This document shows positions 1 to 9,168 of a stretch of 54,616 nucleotides of DNA, piece by piece (positions within the stretch are counted from its first letter, which is position 1; every line of letters starts with the position of its first letter). The notes below the pieces were generated by a model. The model worked only from the letters and a program-made list of their open reading frames with translations, was not told the DNA's origin and did no database searches. Both the position numbers and the translations under genes were made by a program. The DNA is from a virus (Duplodnaviria; Caudoviricetes). The stretch covers positions 1 to 54,616 of the IMG/VR virus record IMGVR_UViG_3300042448_002124; one strand, given 5' to 3'.

Positions 1-670
1 CAAGAGAAAACATTTTACAATTTGGTCTGGCATATCCGCAAATAACCAAGCAGATGACGCGGAAACAGTTGAGCAATTAGTTATTAAAGCACAAAGCGAA
101 TCAAAAGGACACCTTAAATTATTAAAACTACCTAGTGACTCTGTTACTATGAGTGAAATAAAATCCAAGTTGAGAAAAATGATTGCTGATGGTTTTAAAA
201 TAGATGTTTTAACTTTAGATTATATTGATTGTGTATCACCAGAAAGAGCATCATATGGTGAAGAATGGAAAGGTGAAGGTTCTATTATGAGGCAATTAGA
301 AGCCATGACATCGGAATTTGATATTGCAATATGGACAGCAACACAAGGTAATAGAGAATCAATATCGTCCGAAGTTGTTACAACGGATCAAATGGGCGGA
401 TCAATTAAAAAAGCACAAATCGGACACGTTGTCATATCTGTTGGTAAAACACTAGAACAAAAGGAACACAATCTTGCTACTTTAACACTATTAAAGTCAA
501 GAATTGGTAGAGATGGTGTGATATTTGGAAACTGTCATTTTAACAACGAATACTTAACAATTAACACAGATAAGACCACAACATTGTTAGGTTTTGAAGA
601 AGATAAGGTTGAAAAAAACATACAAAGAGTTAGACATGTAATGGACAGAAAAGAAGGGAAAAAAGTATAA
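1..670 (+). CDS. dnaB: Replicative DnaB/T4 gp41-like helicase, C-terminal part (5' end outside the window)
   Basis: Frame is open from position 2 (KRKHFTIWSG...). Contains the Walker B-type LDYID, the WTATQGNRES motif and LLKSRIG..G, typical of SF4 helicases. Confidence 0.88.
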   Translation, partial: KRKHFTIWSGISANNQADDAETVEQLVIKAQSESKGHLKLLKLPSDSVTMSEIKSKLRKMIADGFKIDVLTLDYIDCVSPERASYGEEWKGEGSIMRQLEAMTSEFDIAIWTATQGNRESISSEVVTTDQMGGSIKKAQIGHVVISVGKTLEQKEHNLATLTLLKSRIGRDGVIFGNCHFNNEYLTINTDKTTTLLGFEEDKVEKNIQRVRHVMDRKEGKKV

Positions 671-791
671 AAAAAAATTATTTTTTATCCTAGGATTTTC
701 ACAAATATATATGCTATTTATTTTTACCTCTTTCGAAAAACAGCGCTGAAATCAGAGGACATAATTACTAAAACGATAAAAAAAAGAACAC

Positions 792-2702
792 ATGGATTTT
801 AAAGAAATTGAAGTCCCCTGGGGGGAGATTGGCTACATTACATTTAAGAGAACGTACGCTAGAAGAATTAAAGAAGAGGATCAAAATTCCAAAACAGAGG
901 AGTTTTGGCAGGTAATCCAAAGAGAATTGGATTCATCAGAAAAACAATTAAAAGTTGGTTTTACTGAAGAAGAGAAAAAAAGATATGCAGAACTAAGAAT
1001 GAAACTTAAGTTCTCAACTGCAGGTCGTTTTATGTGGCAATTGGGTACAAAAACAGTTGATAAATTAGGTTTACCCTCATTACAAAACTGTGCTTTTGTT
1101 GTTGTTAACAACCCAATTAGACCATTTACATGGTGTTTTGAAATGCTAATGCTAGGTAGTGGAGTAGGATACAATATCCAAAAACACAATGTGTATCAAT
1201 TACCTAAATTAAAGGGTAAAATTAAGATTGAAAGAAAGGATACTGGGGATGCTGACTACATTGTACCAGACACCAGAGAAGGATGGGTTAAATTGCTTGG
1301 GAAGGTCCTTAAAGCGCACTTCTATGGTGGACAGGGGTTTACTTACTCTACGATTTGTATTCGCTCTAAAGGTGCCCCAATCAAAGGATTTGGTGGAACA
1401 GCATCGGGGCCCGAAGATTTATGTTGGGGTATCGGTGAAATCCATAGAATTTTAAATTCTAGAGCAAATAAAAAATTAAAACCAGTTGATTGTTTAGATA
1501 TCATGAATATCATTGGATCGGTGGTGGTTGCAGGTAACGTTCGTCGTTCAGCACAAATTGCTATTGGAGATTATGATGATTTAGAATTTCTTAAATCAAA
1601 AAGATGGGATTTAGGCCAAATCCCTAACTGGAGAGCAATGAGTAACAACTCAGTTGTAGCACCAGAAAATATGGATGATTTACCTAATGAATTTTGGGAA
1701 ACCTATAACCAGGGTGAACCATATGGCTTGATTAATTTGGAATTATCTAGAACGGTTGGTAGAACAGGTGAAACACAGTACCCTGACCCAGATGTTGAAG
1801 GTTTTAACCCGTGTGCAGAGCAATCTTTAGTTAACTTTGAAACATGTTGTTTGGCTGAAGTTTACTTACCAAATATCGAATCTTATGATGAATTACTAGA
1901 AGCAATAACATATGCTTATAGGATGAATAAACATTCATTAGCCCTTCATTGTTCATTAAAAGAAACTGAAGATATTGTAAACAAAAACATGAGAATGGGT
2001 ATCGGAATGACCGGTATTTTACAAGCAACAGAAGAACAAAGAAGTTGGTTAAAAGACGCATACGTTTGGTTAAGAAACTATGATGAATGGTATTCAGGCG
2101 AACACGGTTTCCCTAAGAGTATTAAATTAACTACGGTTAAACCTAGTGGAACATTAAGTTTACTTGCGGGTGTTACCCCGGGCGTTCACCCAAATCCTGC
2201 AGGACCTTACTATATTAGAAGGGTTAGAATTTCGTCTCATTCTCCTTTGGTTGATGTTTGTAGAAAACACGGATATCCAATTGAGTATCAAAGAAAATTT
2301 GATGGTACTGAAGACAAATCAACAATGGTTATTTCTTTCCCATGTAAACTACCAGAAACAACCCCGGTTGCGGCCGATTATGACTGGAGAGTACAAATGG
2401 ATATGGTAAGAAGAATGCAATCAGAGTGGTCAGATAACTCAGTTAGTTGTACGGTTTATTATAGAAAAGAAGATTTGGAAGACATTAAACAATATCTTAA
2501 AGATCATTTTAGACATGAAATGAAAACCGTTTCTTTCCTTTTATATCATGGCCACGGTTTTGATCAAGCACCATATGAGACAATTAATAAAGATGAATAT
2601 GATGCAATGGTTAGTAAAACAATACCAATTACATCTGTTGAGATAAAAGAAGACGACATGGAACTACAAGATTGTGCGACAGGAGCGTGCCCAATCAAGT
2701 AA
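792..2702 (+). CDS. nrdJ: Class II (adenosylcobalamin-dependent) ribonucleotide reductase, monomeric RTPR type
   Basis: Motifs RTYAR, LQNCAF, GNVRRSAQIA, the thiyl-radical NPCAEQ, TTVKPSGT and a C-terminal CATGACPIK redox tail. No small subunit is seen in the window and no intein is evident. Confidence 0.93.
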   Translation: MDFKEIEVPWGEIGYITFKRTYARRIKEEDQNSKTEEFWQVIQRELDSSEKQLKVGFTEEEKKRYAELRMKLKFSTAGRFMWQLGTKTVDKLGLPSLQNCAFVVVNNPIRPFTWCFEMLMLGSGVGYNIQKHNVYQLPKLKGKIKIERKDTGDADYIVPDTREGWVKLLGKVLKAHFYGGQGFTYSTICIRSKGAPIKGFGGTASGPEDLCWGIGEIHRILNSRANKKLKPVDCLDIMNIIGSVVVAGNVRRSAQIAIGDYDDLEFLKSKRWDLGQIPNWRAMSNNSVVAPENMDDLPNEFWETYNQGEPYGLINLELSRTVGRTGETQYPDPDVEGFNPCAEQSLVNFETCCLAEVYLPNIESYDELLEAITYAYRMNKHSLALHCSLKETEDIVNKNMRMGIGMTGILQATEEQRSWLKDAYVWLRNYDEWYSGEHGFPKSIKLTTVKPSGTLSLLAGVTPGVHPNPAGPYYIRRVRISSHSPLVDVCRKHGYPIEYQRKFDGTEDKSTMVISFPCKLPETTPVAADYDWRVQMDMVRRMQSEWSDNSVSCTVYYRKEDLEDIKQYLKDHFRHEMKTVSFLLYHGHGFDQAPYETINKDEYDAMVSKTIPITSVEIKEDDMELQDCATGACPIK

Positions 2703-2708
2703 AGATAC

Positions 2709-2780
2709 AGATGACTCCCTAACGTCAAGTTACGCCTTGAGCATCTTAGATTAGGTTATACTGGAGTTAAACCCCTAATC
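2709..2780 (+). ncRNA. Candidate structured RNA element in the nrdJ 3' trailer (two hairpins plus a possible pseudoknot)
   Basis: Pairings AGATG/CATCT (2709-13/2742-46), TCAAG/CTTGA (2725-29/2736-40) and GATTAGG/CCTAATC (2749-55/2774-80). Bulge ACTCC (2714-18) is complementary to loop GGAGT (2763-67). Confidence 0.45.
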
Positions 2781-2783
2781 ACT

Positions 2784-2809
2784 AATCCGGACATTTGTTC
2801 GGATTTTTT
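2784..2809 (+). terminator. Intrinsic terminator after nrdJ
   Basis: AATCCGGAC-attt-GTTCGGATT stem (one G-U) followed by a T run. Confidence 0.75.
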
Positions 2810-2835
2810 ATTTAATACCATTTTATCATTCATTA

Positions 2836-2842
2836 TATTTAT
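2836..2842 (+). promoter_or_regulatory. TATTTAT phage promoter motif (representative copy)
   Basis: The same heptamer precedes genes at 715, 2836, 5178, 12802, 20964, 26006, 28808, 36438, 37408, 42914, 44567, 48592, 51172, 51934 and 53930, and on the - strand at 39253-39260. Confidence 0.75.
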
Positions 2843-2846
2843 TTGT

Positions 2847-3299
2847 ATGGCTACATCATATGGCGTTGATTTCCCATTTAGGGATAGTTTAATGGGTGAT
2901 TATGTTAGAATGACCAGAACTCAAGACGAAGAGGTTAGGGCCAATCTAATACATTTATTATTAACCAAGAAAGGTACTAGATATTTTTTACCTGACTTTG
3001 GAACTAGATTATATGAATATATTTTTGATCAAAATGACGTCGTTACATTTTCACACATTGAAGATGAAATTAGGGACTCAGTAAAAAAGTATATCCCTAA
3101 GTTAGACATTAACTCAATAAAGGTTGTTAATGCTGAAGAAGATCCTGAGACAGGAACAAGTATTAGCGAAGACGAGGACACAAGATTATTTAGAGCATCT
3201 AGCGCATCAACTAAACCATATACGGCTAAAGTTAGAATAGATTATACAGTTAATAATGGGACATTTGGAACTAGCGATTTTGTAATTATCAATATATAA
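2847..3299 (+). CDS. Baseplate wedge subunit, T4 gp25/gpW-like
   Basis: NLIHLLLTKKGTRYFLPDFGTRLYEYIFD matches the GPW_gp25 signature; first gene of the baseplate block. Confidence 0.88.
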   Translation: MATSYGVDFPFRDSLMGDYVRMTRTQDEEVRANLIHLLLTKKGTRYFLPDFGTRLYEYIFDQNDVVTFSHIEDEIRDSVKKYIPKLDINSIKVVNAEEDPETGTSISEDEDTRLFRASSASTKPYTAKVRIDYTVNNGTFGTSDFVIINI

Positions 3300-3300
3300 A

Positions 3301-5133
3301 ATGAGTAAAAAAATATCATACACCAACAGGGACTTTGCAGGAATAAGAGAAGAGTTAGTTAATCTAACAAAAGATTATTATCCTGAGATTATTCAAAATA
3401 CTAATGACGCTTCAATTTTTTCTGTATCGTTAGATTTGAATGCCGCTGTTGCGGATAACTTACATTATCATATTGATAGAGTATGGCAAGAAACAATGTT
3501 AGATTTTGCTCAACAGAGACAATCTTTATTTCATATTGCTAAAACATACGGAATTAGAGTTCCTGGTTTAAGACCATCAGTAGCGTTATGTGATTTCAGT
3601 ATTAATGTTCCGGTTAGAGGTGATAAAGATGATGATAGATACGAAGGTATATTAAGATCGGGTGCACAAGTTTCTGGCGGTGGGCAAGTATTTGAAACAA
3701 TTGAAGATATTGACTTTTCTAACCCATTTAACAATAGAGGAGAACCAAATAGATTAAAAATACCAAATTTTGACGCAAATAATAAACTTCTTTCATATAC
3801 AATTACAAAAAGAGAAGCGGTAGTTAACGGAGTTACAAGAATCTTTAGAAGATCTGTTTCAACTAGAGACCAGAAGCCGTTCTTAAAATTTTATTTACCA
3901 GAAAAAAATATACTAGGTATTACCTCTGTTATCCATAAAGAAGGTACATCATTTGGTGCAAACCCTAATGCTAGTGAATTTATAAATTCTGATAACAAGT
4001 GGTATGAAGTAAAATCATTAGTTCAAGATAAAGTTTTTATTAAAGACCCAACATCAGTTTCAGATAGAAAAAACTTTAGTGCTGGAACATACCTTAAAGT
4101 TTCAAATAAATTTATTTCAGAATATACACCCGAAGGATATTTGTCAATGACATTTGGTTCAGGTAATGTTGATCCATTAGATAATTTAGATAACTATGTT
4201 ACTGGAAATTTAAAAGTTACTTTAGGAACGTACTTAAACAACCTTTCATTAGGTAATATACCTAAGTCAAACACAACCCTTTTTGTCAAATATAGAGTTG
4301 GTGGTGGTAAGTCAACTAATTTAGGTATTGGCATTATAAACACAGTTGAGAATGTTGAATTTATTCTAACTGGACCACAATCAACAGTTAATAACCAGGT
4401 TCAACAATCATTACAAGTTACAAATATAACCCCAGCGGTTGGCGGCGCAGATCAACCAACTATAGAAGAATTAAGAAACATGATTGCGTATAATTTTTCT
4501 GCTCAAAACAGAGCGGTAACATTAAACGATTATAAATCATTAATTGAAAACATGCCATCAACCTACGGTGCGCCAGCAAAGGTTAATGTAATGGAAGAAG
4601 ACAATAAAGTCAGAATCAAACTTCTTTCATACGACGAGAGCGGTAACTTAATTGATACAGTTTCTAATACACTAAGAACCAATATATTGAATTATCTATC
4701 AGAATTTAGAATGATTAATGATTACCTAGATATTGTTAGTGGTGAGGTTATTGATTTAGGTTTAGAAGTTGATTTAATTGTGGACAAGAATCAAAACCAA
4801 TCAGAAATTGTAAAAGATTCAGTTAGCACCATTACCGACTATTTTTTAGTTGAAAAAAGAAAGATGGGTGATCCACTTTTCGTTGGTGAATTAAAAAAAG
4901 CGATAACAGATGTATCTGGAATAGTTCAAGTTGTAGATGTAAGAGTTTTTGGTAAGACAGGTGGTGAATATTCAACATCTGAAGTTGCACAACAATACAA
5001 AAACACCGCGACAAAGGAGATACTTCAGAGCGATATGACTGTATATATGAAAGCCAATCAAATCTTTCAAATAAGATTCCCAAATAAAGATATCAAAATA
5101 AGAGTTAAAACTCTGGGTTCCACTACATACTAA
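3301..5133 (+). CDS. Baseplate wedge subunit, T4 gp6/baseplate J-like
   Basis: N-terminal YTNRDF..IR, FGSG, YRVGGG, GGADQPTIEELR and QNRAVTLNDY motifs; follows the gp25-like gene. Confidence 0.88.
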   Translation: MSKKISYTNRDFAGIREELVNLTKDYYPEIIQNTNDASIFSVSLDLNAAVADNLHYHIDRVWQETMLDFAQQRQSLFHIAKTYGIRVPGLRPSVALCDFSINVPVRGDKDDDRYEGILRSGAQVSGGGQVFETIEDIDFSNPFNNRGEPNRLKIPNFDANNKLLSYTITKREAVVNGVTRIFRRSVSTRDQKPFLKFYLPEKNILGITSVIHKEGTSFGANPNASEFINSDNKWYEVKSLVQDKVFIKDPTSVSDRKNFSAGTYLKVSNKFISEYTPEGYLSMTFGSGNVDPLDNLDNYVTGNLKVTLGTYLNNLSLGNIPKSNTTLFVKYRVGGGKSTNLGIGIINTVENVEFILTGPQSTVNNQVQQSLQVTNITPAVGGADQPTIEELRNMIAYNFSAQNRAVTLNDYKSLIENMPSTYGAPAKVNVMEEDNKVRIKLLSYDESGNLIDTVSNTLRTNILNYLSEFRMINDYLDIVSGEVIDLGLEVDLIVDKNQNQSEIVKDSVSTITDYFLVEKRKMGDPLFVGELKKAITDVSGIVQVVDVRVFGKTGGEYSTSEVAQQYKNTATKEILQSDMTVYMKANQIFQIRFPNKDIKIRVKTLGSTTY

Positions 5134-5158
5134 GATAATTTTTGTGTATATTCTCCTT

Positions 5159-5184
5159 TAGAAATTCGGCGAGTTTCTATTTAT
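5159..5184 (+). terminator. Hairpin (possible terminator) overlapping a TATTTAT motif
   Basis: TAGAAATTC-ggc-GAGTTTCTA followed by TTTAT; the 3' arm runs into the promoter motif at 5178-5184. Confidence 0.45.
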
Positions 5185-5190
5185 ATTAGT

Positions 5191-8100
5191 ATGAACCAAA
5201 AACATAGAATTTTAACAAATATTGGTAAAGACAAGACCGTAACGGTAAATCTAGAACAGAAATTCGATTTATTAGAGATATTATCGTTAAAATTCACACA
5301 ATATGATGTTTATACCTCATTGTGTGCTGATTATGGTGTTGTTTGTGGTAGAGTTTCAGTAAACAACGGTTTTGGTGTTCCAAATGCTAGGGTTTCTATT
5401 TTTATCCCACTAAAACAGGAGGATGAAGATGATCCAGTAATATCCGCATTATATCCTTTTAAAAGCACACAAGACAAGAATGATAGTGGTTATAGGTATA
5501 ATTTATTACCATCTAGAAAGCAACATGGTGGACACGAGCCAACCGGTACATTCCCAGATCAAAAAGATATTTTAACTAGGGAAGAATACTTAGAAGTGTA
5601 TGAAAAATACTACAAATACACTGTAAAAACAAATAGTTCTGGAGATTTCATGATTTGGGGGGTTCCATTAGGTGAACAAACAATACACGTTGACGTTGAC
5701 TTATCTGACATGGGATGTTTCTCACTTAGGCCATATGATTTTATTAGAAATGGGTTCGGTGTTGATAGTTTTAAAAACACACACTCATTTAAGTCCAGCC
5801 AAGACATAGATTCACTTCCACAAATTGTTTCATTCGATAAAACAATTGACGTTGTTCCGTTTTGGGGTAACATCGATTTATGTGAATTAGGTATAACAAG
5901 AACGGATTTCGATTTATCAAATCAGGGAGTCAAAGTTGAACCAAAAGCATTTTTAATTGGCGGAACATATACCGACACATCTAAAAATTCGATTAACAAA
6001 AATTGTCAACCAAGAAGAAAGATGGGTAGGAAGTGTGATTTAACAACAAGCACCGGAACTATCGAGGCGATTAGATTTACCACAGAAAAAGATGTTGACA
6101 GTAGACCCGTTTTAGAAGAATACGATTTAAATGAAGATATTCCAGAAGACGGTGGATTTGTTTTTTCTGTACCCATGAACATGGATTATGTTTTTACAAA
6201 CGAATTTGGAGAAAACGAAATAACAAATGATTCAAACAAAGGGATACCAACATCCGCTTGTTATCGTTTTAGATTCAACCTAGGTGATGAAGGAAAAGAA
6301 AGAACAAGAAAAGTTGCATCATATATAGTACCAAACATTAGAGAATATTCAACACAAATAGATCAATCATACACATTTTCAACTAATTGGAAGGAGTATC
6401 CAACTTTAGCGGTTTCATCAGATTCAAATCGAGGGATATTATATAATGATTTTGGTCAATACTACCCTAGAGATTATTTTTACAGGTTAACGTACGGTAA
6501 AGTTTACACAGTATCATCTTTTCAAAATTCTTATTTTAAAGGCAACACTTTTAGTAATGACAGATATGTCGGGATAAAAGAAATTGTTCCTTCTGAAGAA
6601 GAAGATTGTTCAGACAATGTCGTAACCCCACCAGTTAATTTTGGGATAAGAAATTTTACATTTTCATTATTAATTGCAGATGTGCTTTTATTTTTTGAAC
6701 ATTTAATCAATCTAGTAACATTAACGCTATTCAATACATTGGCAATTGTTTTTCATGATTTTGCTGACGCTGTTGATTTTAGACCAATTAGATTTTTAGC
6801 CAGATCTGTTAGAAAGTTTGCATACACATTACAATCGGCAGGACAAAGGCAATTATATTTAATAACTTACCCTGAATGCGAAGAATGTAATGGTGAAAAT
6901 GATTATGGTACATCTATTGCCGGCTCTAGTTCTAAAGATTATTGTGTGGTTGGACAAGGACAAATACAAGGTTCAATAAGTGGTACAGAGAGGGTTGATT
7001 ATAACTCTGCTTCAATATACCCGGGAACATCAAATTATTCTTGGAGCGGTGCTGTACATAATTTAGGAACAATGCATCCAGAGGTTAGAGTTTATATTGA
7101 TAATGGTTTAGGTGGTTACACTCAATTAATTGATTATAACTATACCGACCCAGGAACGGTACCTAGTAATTCGTTTTACAAAACAGGTATTACAACTAAT
7201 TCAATGGATATTGTTTTTACGTTTGTTGACCCACAAGTTGGTTATGTTGAATTTAGTAGTGATGATAGTTCTAACTTACTGCTTAATATAACAAATTATA
7301 CACAACAACCATGTACCGGAGGAACGTCTACGGCGATTATTAATAACGCTGATTTTATTAGTAGACAAAACGATTATGGTTTAATTGTGTCAGGATCTAC
7401 TAGTGCAGTTATAGAATTGGATGGTACAGATAATTTAATATCAACAGACGGCACATCGTTGTTTCTAAAAGATTCAACAAACTCATTTTCCGAAAACACT
7501 TTATATACAGTTTTTATTGTTGACCTAAACTCGGTACCGCCAAGCATTGATACATTATTAGAAAGCGGCTGCCAACTATATGATACACCATATGACGAAG
7601 GTATTGTCAGATATTATTATATTGGTTCAGGAAGGACAGTATCATATGTGTACCAACCAGACATCACGTCTACAAATATTTCAAATAGGAATGAACCTTT
7701 AGTAAAAGAATATAGAGGAACAAATTTTACATCAATAACACCTAGTGGCGAAAGTGAATTTAGTAATGGTGTCTTTTATTTTATTCCCGCCACCCAGGAT
7801 AACATTCAACTTTATGAATACCTAAAAGAATATAGAAGAAGAAAAAGAGTTAGTAAATTGTTTTGTGGGGGAATTGTAAATTATTCATTTATTGATAACT
7901 GGTTATCTGGTTCTCTATATTTTTTCCAATTCAAAGGAAGAAAAGGAAAGTATTGTGAAGATGTGATAAGATATGTTGGACCACAAGACAAGTATTATTA
8001 TAGGTCAGCAATTTATACCAATGAGAGTAATTGGGGGGTATCTAAAGGAATTTATGGTAGAACATTAGGAAGACCAACAACATTAGTTGATTTAGGTCCT

Positions 8101-9168
8101 AGAGATGAATTTATAAAAGAAATATGTGTTGACTCAACATTAGATCCAAACTGTTCAGTGTCTAGATCAATTGGGCCAACATCATTTCAATCATTCGGAG
8201 AATTATTAGGTTTAGCAATAAACTATAGAATGGATGTGAGTAACAATACCTTTGACATAAAAGATTTTTTCGATAACACTGGCTTTAAGTTTACAAACAA
8301 GGTTTTTGATGGTGATATTACACAATTGATTTCAATAAATAATGAAGCAGGTATTCAAGAATTTGATTTACAAAGTCCAAAATATCTTGGCTACTCATAC
8401 CAGGTATTAGACCCAGATATATATCCACAAGTATTCAAACCAAATGGATATTGGGGAGCGTTACCCGTTACGTTTGAATTCGATGAAGACGGTGAAAGAG
8501 TTAGAGCGTGCTTAAATGAACCAACGCATTTAGCAAATGACGGAGTTACATATATTCAAGGAAGATTAACGGAATCTTCACAAAAGGTTCCATTCTTTCT
8601 TTGGGATAAAAAAGGGACTGGTTTTGGTGGGACAAATGAAGCCACCTCAGATAATCAATCTTGGGATTACACACAAGTTCAGGTACAACCATTACAAGGT
8701 ATGACATATGCATATAATTTAAACAATAGTTCAGACGATTCATCCGATAGGTATTTGTTATTACCTATGACATATGATTTTAGTGGATTAACAGTTAATA
8801 CTGGTAACGCAACTAATGATGTTGAATTTGATGCTGTAATTGATGGTAACATATTCCCTGTTGGTTATCATGATTATGATAGCGAATATCCAGGATTTAC
8901 TGTTTTAGCAGTAACAAGTGGTAGTACAGTTAGCCCAATTACTGGCACGCTGTATACAAGATATAGTCACGCCGGAACTTGGAATTCACAACCATGGGAC
9001 TACACGGATGATTTTATAATTAGAAAGACACAAGATTATTATAGCGGAACAAAACAAATTTTGTCAACACCGTTCATGTTCTATTTTGGATTGAAAGCAG
9101 GTAAAACCGGGCTTGATAAATTTGTACAAATGTTTGGTCCAAAAGGAGCATTCCCATCAGCAGAATAA
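5191..9168 (+). CDS. Large putative baseplate/tail structural protein with an N-terminal carboxypeptidase-regulatory-like beta-sandwich
   Basis: 1325 aa; GVVCGRV..G.GVPNARVSIF...TNSSGDF.IWGVPLG pattern; many Cys; lies in the baseplate block. Confidence 0.6.
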   Translation: MNQKHRILTNIGKDKTVTVNLEQKFDLLEILSLKFTQYDVYTSLCADYGVVCGRVSVNNGFGVPNARVSIFIPLKQEDEDDPVISALYPFKSTQDKNDSGYRYNLLPSRKQHGGHEPTGTFPDQKDILTREEYLEVYEKYYKYTVKTNSSGDFMIWGVPLGEQTIHVDVDLSDMGCFSLRPYDFIRNGFGVDSFKNTHSFKSSQDIDSLPQIVSFDKTIDVVPFWGNIDLCELGITRTDFDLSNQGVKVEPKAFLIGGTYTDTSKNSINKNCQPRRKMGRKCDLTTSTGTIEAIRFTTEKDVDSRPVLEEYDLNEDIPEDGGFVFSVPMNMDYVFTNEFGENEITNDSNKGIPTSACYRFRFNLGDEGKERTRKVASYIVPNIREYSTQIDQSYTFSTNWKEYPTLAVSSDSNRGILYNDFGQYYPRDYFYRLTYGKVYTVSSFQNSYFKGNTFSNDRYVGIKEIVPSEEEDCSDNVVTPPVNFGIRNFTFSLLIADVLLFFEHLINLVTLTLFNTLAIVFHDFADAVDFRPIRFLARSVRKFAYTLQSAGQRQLYLITYPECEECNGENDYGTSIAGSSSKDYCVVGQGQIQGSISGTERVDYNSASIYPGTSNYSWSGAVHNLGTMHPEVRVYIDNGLGGYTQLIDYNYTDPGTVPSNSFYKTGITTNSMDIVFTFVDPQVGYVEFSSDDSSNLLLNITNYTQQPCTGGTSTAIINNADFISRQNDYGLIVSGSTSAVIELDGTDNLISTDGTSLFLKDSTNSFSENTLYTVFIVDLNSVPPSIDTLLESGCQLYDTPYDEGIVRYYYIGSGRTVSYVYQPDITSTNISNRNEPLVKEYRGTNFTSITPSGESEFSNGVFYFIPATQDNIQLYEYLKEYRRRKRVSKLFCGGIVNYSFIDNWLSGSLYFFQFKGRKGKYCEDVIRYVGPQDKYYYRSAIYTNESNWGVSKGIYGRTLGRPTTLVDLGPRDEFIKEICVDSTLDPNCSVSRSIGPTSFQSFGELLGLAINYRMDVSNNTFDIKDFFDNTGFKFTNKVFDGDITQLISINNEAGIQEFDLQSPKYLGYSYQVLDPDIYPQVFKPNGYWGALPVTFEFDEDGERVRACLNEPTHLANDGVTYIQGRLTESSQKVPFFLWDKKGTGFGGTNEATSDNQSWDYTQVQVQPLQGMTYAYNLNNSSDDSSDRYLLLPMTYDFSGLTVNTGNATNDVEFDAVIDGNIFPVGYHDYDSEYPGFTVLAVTSGSTVSPITGTLYTRYSHAGTWNSQPWDYTDDFIIRKTQDYYSGTKQILSTPFMFYFGLKAGKTGLDKFVQMFGPKGAFPSAE

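Noticed and set aside
699-760. NrdR box or cobalamin riboswitch upstream of nrdJ
   Set aside because: ACAAATATATATG lacks the conserved C...G spacing of NrdR boxes. The ~70-nt leader has only a weak hairpin (CCTCT/AGAGG) and no B12 box.
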